Origin: Malacoraja senta
Taxonomy: Eukaryota
DNA length: 64,000 bases
Assembly: GCA_038087875.1 (NCBI GenBank)
Contig: CM075987.1
Span: forward strand, 17,486,001-17,550,000
Direction: 5' to 3'
The notes under the pieces: model-generated
The model's database searches: none
Seen by the model: the letters and a program-made list of their open reading frames with translations, nothing else
What the model was told of the DNA's origin: nothing
Program-made: the position numbers and the translations under genes
Part shown: in pieces, positions 52,701 through 61,700 of the stretch
Layout of the letters: each line of letters starts with the position of its first letter
Position numbering within the stretch: position 1 is the first letter of the stretch

Positions 52701-55700
52701 CGTAGCAAGGGACCCTGTCCAGCCAGTTTGTTTCCATGGGTTTACCGTCAGGAAGGCCCAACTAACTTCTACAACTGTGACCCTGGGAAGTGGCAGACAA
52801 GTCTGATGGGACGGATGTCATCTCCCTATTGGCCTTCTGCTCAAAGTGACCACAGAAAGGAGGTGGAACGGTAGCTGCAGTGGGCCGCTGGATGGCGTGA
52901 TGTGTTGGTGGAGTGGGTCCTCTGCATACCGTGCAGGAGCCAGGGGACTGCCTGGATCAGACACCACTAGAGGCCCCTCAGGCAAACACATGCATCGGAC
53001 ATGGCCTACAGCAGCAAGGAGTGGGGGCGGAGAATATCGGCAACATCTCCAGCCAAGGCCGCCCCCTGCAACACCGACGCATCCAGAGCCACCGCCAGAA
53101 CAACAGGCCTTTGATAAGGCAATATATTTAAGAACTATGAAACTTGAAAGGTACAAGATTGTGCTGGGAACATGGCGACTCCTTGTGAACTGCCTGAGGG
53201 AATCTGTGTGTGCACTAGAATCGTTGCACTCTTGTACTTATGTGTAGTTGTTTCTGGTGGTAATGTGGAGCATGGCTGAGGTGGAGCAGGAGGGAGGCTC
53301 AATGTCTGGGATCAACTGGGCAACAATGTCTGGGACATTCACAATATGAACAAAAACGTACAGAAGGCTCAGGACCTAATGAGATGATGAGGACGTGGGT
53401 ATAGTGGATGAATTTAGAGCCAGGATCAGTGCCTGGAACTATGATATTGTGGCCATTATATAGATAAGAGGCAATAGTGTTTTATTGTCATATGTCCCAG
53501 ACAGAACAATGCAATCCCTACAGCACAGCAGAGCAGAATATGTAAACACAGTACTCTTTAACCAATATAATAAACCAGAAAAAAAAGTTCAGTGTATATA
53601 TATATATATATATATATATCAGGGCTCTCGCTTAACTTTTTTTCCCTGTTGCCAGCCGGGCAACCTTGGCAGCTTTTTAGGTTGCCAAATGTCAGCTTAG
53701 GTGGTCATTTAAGACGGTTTGCATGACGCGTGCAATGTGCTCGGACGAAGTGCGTAGTTACCAGTCGGAATTATACTCAATGAAGCATTCACATATTATT
53801 TCTGCTTCAAATAAAGTCACAAACTAAACATATTCACCAATCAAGACATGATATATCCCACAATGACATGCAGCAAAATTATAATACAGTATCTCAACTC
53901 TTTGTACACATTGCAATTAATGCAATTTCTATTAGTTCTTTCCACTTCCAAACTAAAATGTGGTTGGATTATTCAGCATATGATCAACCTGTGTCAATAA
54001 ATCCTGGACCATGGTAACATATATGCCTAACCATGCACACTACAGATTGATGCAAGAATGTTTTCTGTGAAGGACCGAAAATTACCATAACATGGCCATA
54101 GCATGGGTCGTTATTGCTATTGGTACAGAAACACTCTCGCTTCCCACATAATTTATCCACAACAAAATATACAGGTTGCAAGGAAATTTCTATAGGCATT
54201 TTATGATAATAGGTGTTAAAACCGACTATACCCATCTGACAGGTTAAACATTACACTAACTGACAAGAGCTGGCCAAAGGACATAACTGCAGCAAATGTT
54301 CTTTTGGTAATATATTTAAAGGTGTCAAGACGCCACATTACCAGACATTCAGATTAGATGTACGTGTTGTGAACAGCAATGAAGATACCCAGTTTGTAAG
54401 CACCAGATTTAAATAAAATTATTGATAAACGCTGTTTCCATCATTCCCACTTCAGAATTAACGTTAAAATTTCAACTAAAATATCTCCTGAACAAATTTG
54501 TGATGTAGATGATCGACTGTAGAAGTAAAACCTGGATAAATCCAACGTATAGTTGTGAATGTTGCTCATTAAATAACTACAGTACTGATACTGTAGTTAT
54601 TTAATGTGGTTGGATTATTCAGCATATGATCAACCTGTGTCAATAAATCCTGGACCATGGTAACATATATGCCTTTGTCCTTTGGCCAGCTCTTGTCAGT
54701 TAGTGTAATGTTTAACCTGTCAGATGGGTATAGTCGGTTTTAACACCTATTATACTCGCTAGAATTTAGGAGATTGAGAGGGGATCTTATAGAAACGTAC
54801 AAAATTCGTATGGGGTTGGACAGGCTAGATGCAGGAAGATTGTTCCCGATGTTGGGGAAGTCCAGGACAAGGGGTCACAGCTTAAGGATAAGGGGGAAAT
54901 CCTTTAAGACCGAGATGAGGAAAGACTTTTTCACACAGAGAGTGGTGAATCTCTGGAACTCTCTGCCACAGAGAGTAGTTGAGGCCAGTTCATTGGCTAT
55001 ATTTAAGAGGGAGTTAGATGTGGCCCTTGTGGCTAAGGGGATCAGGGGATATGGAGCGAAAGCAGGTACGGGATACTGAGTTGGATGATCAGCCATGATC
55101 ATATTGAATGGCGGTGCAGGCTCGAAGGGCCGAATGGCCTACTCCTGCACCTATTTTCTATGTATCTATATATCTATGATACTCCATATTAAGAGCATTG
55201 ATTTGAAGTTTAAATGAATTCTGTAATAATGTGTCAACGGCAGCAGTGACAATCGAACACTGCGGTTTTAATGTTTCACGTGTTCACAATTTAATTAATC
55301 CATCTTTATGGACTAAAACAAACATTTCCAGCACAATAGGGTCAGGGAGGGGTGTGTGTGAATCAGTGCGGGGTGGATAGATGGCGGGGGTGGGGGTGGT
55401 GGGGGGTTAGAAGGTAGTCGGTGCAGAATGGATGGATTGAGGCAGGTGAATTAGTACGTGTTGGTTGGAGTAGGTATAATTGTGAGGGGAGAGCACGGGG
55501 GATGTCAGTGGTGTTGAATGGGGGGGTTCACTACGGGATGGATGGGGGTAGACAAAAGTGCTGGAGAAACTTAGCGGGTGAGGCAGCATCTATGGAGTGA
55601 AGGAAATAGGCAATGTTTCGGGTCGAGACCCTTCTTCAGACTGTCCCCCCCATTCTTCTTGAATGGGAGGATCAGTACAGGATGGATGGGGGGGGGGATC

Positions 55701-58700
55701 AGCACAGGATGAATGGGGGGAGGTGGGTCAGTACAGTGTGGATCGGAGGGTCTGTGCAGGATGAATGGCGAATCACTACAGGATGAATGAGGGGAAGGTG
55801 CAGGGTAAATGGAGGGTGGGTCAGTATGGGATGCATGCGTGGATTAGTACAGGATGGATGGGGGATCAGTACAGGATGGATGGAGGAGAAGTGCAGGATG
55901 GATGGGAAGGGGGTTAAGTACAGGATGAATTGGGGGACCAGTGTAGGATGGATGGGGGGGGGGGGGTGGCAGGAGAATCAATGCGAGGTGGATAGGGTGA
56001 TCAGCGCAGGATGAATAGATGGGGGGGGTAGATGGGGAGGGGAGCACAGGGGATGTCAATGAGGACTGAATAGAGGCGGGAATGGGGATCAGTGCAGGAT
56101 GGAGAGGACGGGTCCCAGGATAAGGGGGGGGTGGTGGAGGGGGCATACAAGAGAGGAAGAGAGGGGGCGAGGTGGGGAGGAAGGAAGGTCAGCGCTCCTC
56201 AGACAACATCGCCCCGCTGCCTTGGCCGTTGGGATTTCCTCGCCACCGCCCCCCTCCTCCGCCAGCCAACAGCAAGATGCGGGGCTGAGCGGTGCAGCTC
56301 AAAGATCCTATAGCTATAGGATCTTTCGTGCAGCTGCTTCTGAACGGTCGGAGCGAATGACGGGTCCCGCACAGCGGCAGCAGCGGCCGCGATAGCGGCT
56401 CCATCTCCTCTTCCTCCCTGATAGCGGCCGCTTCTTGCAAATCCGCTAATGGCGCTTTCAAAACAAACCCTCCTGCACGCCCAGGCAGGGAGGAGGGAGG
56501 GAGGGGGAGGCCTCGGCGTGCGGGAGGATTTGTTTTGAAAGCGCCGTTAGCGGGTTTGCAAGCAGCAGCCCTTATCAGGGCGGGCGGGGTGCGGGAGGAG
56601 GAGGAGATGGAGCCGCTGACGCGGCCGCTGCTGCCGTTGTTCAGCGCCCGTCATTCGCTCCGACCCTTCGTCACCACGCACCTAGTATCTTTGCCCCGCA
56701 CGACAGCCGTCGCCGACACGCAAAGTCGCGTTCCTTTTCTCCAGAGATGCCGCCTGACCCGCGGAGTTACTCCAGTTTTTTGTGTCTATCTTCGGTATAA
56801 ACTAAGTTGCCAAGCCGGGCAAAATGACTCGCCGTTTAGGTTGCCCGGCGGCACTTTGGGTGGTCAGTGGCACCCGGGCAACCGCTAATTTCGAGCTCTG
56901 CATATATATATATATATATATACTCACGGCTGGTGGGCTGGCAGTTGACTCACGCCTATTCCTTGAAATTCCATTTTTAGAGAAATTAGAGATTCCTTTA
57001 TTTGTCATTCAGACCTTTCGGTCTGAACGAAATTTTGTTGCCTGCAGTCATACATATAATAATAAATAACAAAACACACAATAAACACAAATTAACATCC
57101 ACCACAGTGAGTTCACCAGGCACCTCCTCACTGTGATGGAGGCAAAAATCTTAAAGTCTCTGTCTCTTCCCTCTTTGTTCTTCCTCTGCGCTGAGGCGAT
57201 CCAGGCTTCTGATGTTGTGAACCCGCCAGGTGATGGTAAGTCAGTCCCGCGGCTGAATCCGTGCTCCGCGACGGGCCGGATCAAACTCCGCGGCCAGGGG
57301 TGATCGAAGCTGCCGCCCTCCAGTCCAGCGGACGCAGCTGTAGTTGCGGGAGCTCCAGAAAAATAGGTCACCCACCTGTGCCCGCGGCCGAGCCTCGGGA
57401 TTCAGGTCACCACCAGTGTCCTCGGTCGCCACCGCCGGAACGCCGGAATGCCACCGCAGCCCCGAAGTTGGCCAGCCTCGCGTTGGTAAGTCCTGGCTCT
57501 GCCTCCGGAGCCTCGAGGTCGGTCGGTCGTAGTTGGAGGCTGTCAGCTCCGCGATTAGGCCTCAGCGCAGACGGAGGCAGAGAAGGGGGATACGAGAAGA
57601 AAAAGTCGCATTCCCCCGAAGGAAGAGACAAAAATCATGTTTCATCCCCCCACCCCCACACATACACAACCCAATAAACTAAAATTCATTTCAAGCAGAG
57701 TGCAAGGCCACCAAATTGAAATCCATTTTCCTACCATTTCAAGCAGGGTGCAAGGCCATCAAATTCAAGTGCAGTTTCTTACCTCTTCGAGCAGGGTGCA
57801 AGGCCACAAAATTCAAGTGCAGTTTCATACCACATCAAGCAGGGTGCAAGGCCACCAAATTCATGTGCAGTTTCATACCAATTGAAGGAGGGTGCAAGGC
57901 CACCAAATTCAAATGCAGTTTCATACCATTACATGCAGGGTGCAAGGCCACCACATTCAAATGCAGTTTCATACTATTTCAAGCAGGGTGAAACCACCAT
58001 AAAAACCACCATAAAACCACACAAAACACCACACTCACAGTTCAGTAGACATTCAGTGTGTTCAGTTGATTCACAGCTCAGACAGAGTCGTGACCTCTCC
58101 CTCCCCCATCATGCAGAGACTGAGCCACACCCACACTTCTGGGTTTTATAATCCCTCCCCCTCCCACCGGAAAAGGTGTGGCCTTCATGGCGTCATTGAC
58201 AGGAGAGAGATTCTCAACATTTTTTAAACACTAATAACACTTTTGTTTATCATTGATGGGAAGAATCCTCTGCACCTGATGAGCGGAGGGGAACTGAGTA
58301 AGATGGCTAAAAATCACAGCCGTAAGTGGTAGCCTTTTATCTAAAATCAATATAGTGCAAACAGGAAGTTGTCAAGTTTAGACAAACAACCATTTGCAGG
58401 CAGTGCCTTTTCAGTTCAACCCAAACCCCCCAACAACCATTTGCAGGCAAGTGCCTTTTCACTTCATCCCAACCCCCCCAAACAACCATTTGCAGGCAGT
58501 GCCTTTTCACTTCAACCCAACCCCCCCAAACAACCATTTGCAGGCAGTGCCTTTTCACTTAATCCCAACACCCCCAAACAACCATTTGCAGGCAGTGCCT
58601 TTTCACTTCATCCCAACCCCCCCAAACAACCATTTGCAGGCAGTGCCTTTTCACTTCAACCCAACCCCCCAAACAACCATTTGCAGGCAGTGCCTTTTCA

Positions 58701-61700
58701 CTTCAACCCAAACCCCCCAAACAACCATTTGCAGGCAGTGCCTTTTCACTTCAACCCAAACCCCCCAAACAATCATTTGCAGGCAGTGCCTTTTCACTTC
58801 AACCCAAACCCCCCAAACAACCATTTGCAGGCAGTGCCTTTTCACTTCAACCCAAACCCCCCAAACAACCATTTGCAGGCAGTGCCTTTTCATTTCAACC
58901 CAAACCCCCCAAACAACCATTTGCAGGCAGTGCCTTTTCATTTCAACCCAAACCCCCCAAACAACCATTTGCAGGCAGTGCCTTTTCACTTCAACCCAAA
59001 CCCCCCAAACAACCATTTGCAGGCAGTGCCTTTTCACTTCAACCCAAACCCCCCAAACAACCGTTTGCAGGCAGTGCCTTTTTACTTCAAACCAACCATA
59101 TTTTCATTTTCAAACCACATTAAGGGCACTCACAGTTGAGTAGACATGTGTTCAGTGTTATTCAGAGCTCAGAGAGACGTGACCCTCTGGCTTCCTCCAT
59201 CTTGCAGAGACTGAGTGAGGCACACCACTTCCTGGTTTTATAGTCCCTCCCCATCCCTCCAGCAGGGGCAGCAGAGAGAATGGCAATTAAAAAAAAAACA
59301 TTAATATTTCTCATATCTTTCATCGATGGGAAAAATCCTCTGGTCCAGGAAGGCGGAGGGGGGGCTCTGAGCGATGTGGCCAAAAATGACGGCCGTAGGT
59401 AGCGGCGTTCTGTCGGAAATCACAGCACAGTGAGCCAAAAGCGGTCAAGATCAGACTTTTAGTAATATAGATAGATATAGAGAGAGAGACACATACATCC
59501 ACGTGTAGACATAAAAACAAACAATAATAGTGCTAAAAGACACAAACAAGGCCACCAGTTTATGTAGTTTGGAGCTTATTTGAGGTTGTCGTGTTTACTA
59601 GCCTGATGGCTGTAGGGAAGCAGCTGTTCCTGAGCCTGGATGTTACAGTTCTCAAACTCCTGTACCTTCTTCCTCAAGGCAGGAGTGAAATGAGTGTGTG
59701 GCCAGGGTGCTGTGGGTCTCTAATGATGCTGGCTGCCTTTTTGAGGCAGTGACTCCTATAAACATCCCTTCAATGGTGGGAAGGTCAGTGCCCGTGATGA
59801 ACTGGGCAGTGTTATAAGGTCACAAGTGATAGGAGCAGAATTAGGCCATTTAGCCCATCAAGTCTACTCTGCTGTTCAATCATGTCTGATCTCTATGTTC
59901 GAACCTCATTCTCCTGTCCGAACAGTATCTCTCTGTCCGAACCTCATTCTCCTGCCTTCTCCGCATAACCCCAGACACCCGCTTTGATCAAGAATCTATC
60001 TATCTCTGCCGTAAAAATATCCATTGATGGCCTCCACAACCTTCTGTGGCAAAGAATTCCACAAATTCACCACCCTCTGAGTAAAGAAATTCCTCCTCAT
60101 CTCCTTCCTAAAGGAACATCCTTTAATTCTGAGGCTGTGACCTCTAGTCCTAGACTCTCCCACTAGTGGAAACATCCTCTCCACATCTACTCTATCCAAG
60201 CCTTTCATTATTCTGTATGTTTCAATGAGGTCCCCCCTCATTCTTCTAAACTCCAGCGAGTACAGGCCCAGTGCTGTCAGACGCTTATCATATGTTAACC
60301 CACTCATTCCTGGGATCATTCTTGTAAACCTCCCCTGGACCCTCTCCAGAGCCAGCACATCCTTCCTCAGATATGGTGCCCAAAATTGCTCACAATACTT
60401 CAAATGCTGCCTGTCCAGCGCCTTATAGAGCCTCAGCATTACATCCTTGTTTTTGTATACAAGCCCTCTCGAAATAAATGCAAGGATTGAGTTTGCTTTC
60501 TTTACTACCGATTTGACTCGCAGATTAACTTTTTAGGAATCCTGCACCAGCATTCCCAAGTCCCTTTGTACCTCCAATTTCTGGATTCTCTCCCCATTTA
60601 GAAAATAGTCTATGCCTTTATTCCAACTACCAAAATGCATGACTCCACACTTTGCTACACTATATTGCATCTGCCACTTCTCTGCTCACTCTCCGAACCT
60701 GTCCAAGTCCTTCTGCAGAGTCCCTGCTTTCTCTACACTACCTGTCCTTCCACCTATTTTCGTATCATCAGCAAACTCTGCCAAAAAGCCTTCAATCCCC
60801 TCGTCCAAATCATTAATATACAACGTGAAGAGTAGCGGCCCCAGCATCGACCCCTGTGGAACTCCACTAGTCACTGGCAGCCAACCAGAAAAATCCCCCT
60901 TTATTGCCACTCTTTGCCTTCTGCCATCCAGCCAACCTGCTATCCATGCTAGTATCTGCCCTTTGATACCGTGGGCTCTCATCTTCCTTAGCAGCCTCAC
61001 ACATGGTACCTTATGAAGGTTTTTTGAAAATCTAAGTAAATAACATCTACTGACTCTCCTTTGTCTGTCCTGCTATTTAGTTTTTTAAAGAATTCCAGCA
61101 AATTTGTCAGGCAAGACGTCCCCTTCACAAAGCCATGCTGACTTTGGGTGACTATCACTTTTTGCTGTCTTCTTCACTCAGGAGGCGGCGAGTTGCCCAA
61201 CCAGTGTGCAACCAATCAATATGCTCGTTACTGTACATCTGTAGAAGTTATGAGAGGGACACGACTAACAGCTCAACTTTCCAAGGTTTCTGTGTTTCAG
61301 ATGGGAAAGAGGTGGAGGAATCGCGCAACTAATCAGGACGATTAGTAGCCAGCCACAGGAGGGGGCTTGGAGGGCTAGGCTGTAGCCAATGTTGTCCCTT
61401 TGTTTAAGAAGACAAGGAGAGATAATTCAAGCATTGATGAGCTGGTGAGCCTCACGTCAGTGGCAGGGCAGCTATTGGAGAGGATACTTTGAGATAGCAT
61501 TTGGAAGAGTATGGGTTAAATAAGGACAATCAGCGTGGCTTTGTACACGGCAGCTCGTGTCTTATTGAGGTTTTTTGATGAGGTGACGAAGGTGATCGAT
61601 GAGGATGGGTGGTGGATGTTGTCTACATGGTGGCATGGATGTTTGCATTCTGACCTAGCGTTGTAGACCTGTAAAGCTGCAAGAAGCAAGAATTAATTGT

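Larger units (their letters stand above)
56922..59471 (-). mobile_element. Non-autonomous Helitron-like element, second copy, 3'-truncated
   Basis: Minus-strand start a|TCTATATTACTAAAAGTCTGATC at 59471; shares array A and flanks with copy at 1-945. Confidence 0.7.

Noticed and set aside
55320..56180. GGAT/G-rich tract with Gly/Trp-rich ORFs
   Set aside because: Degenerate minisatellite inside the non-autonomous element; no recognisable protein.
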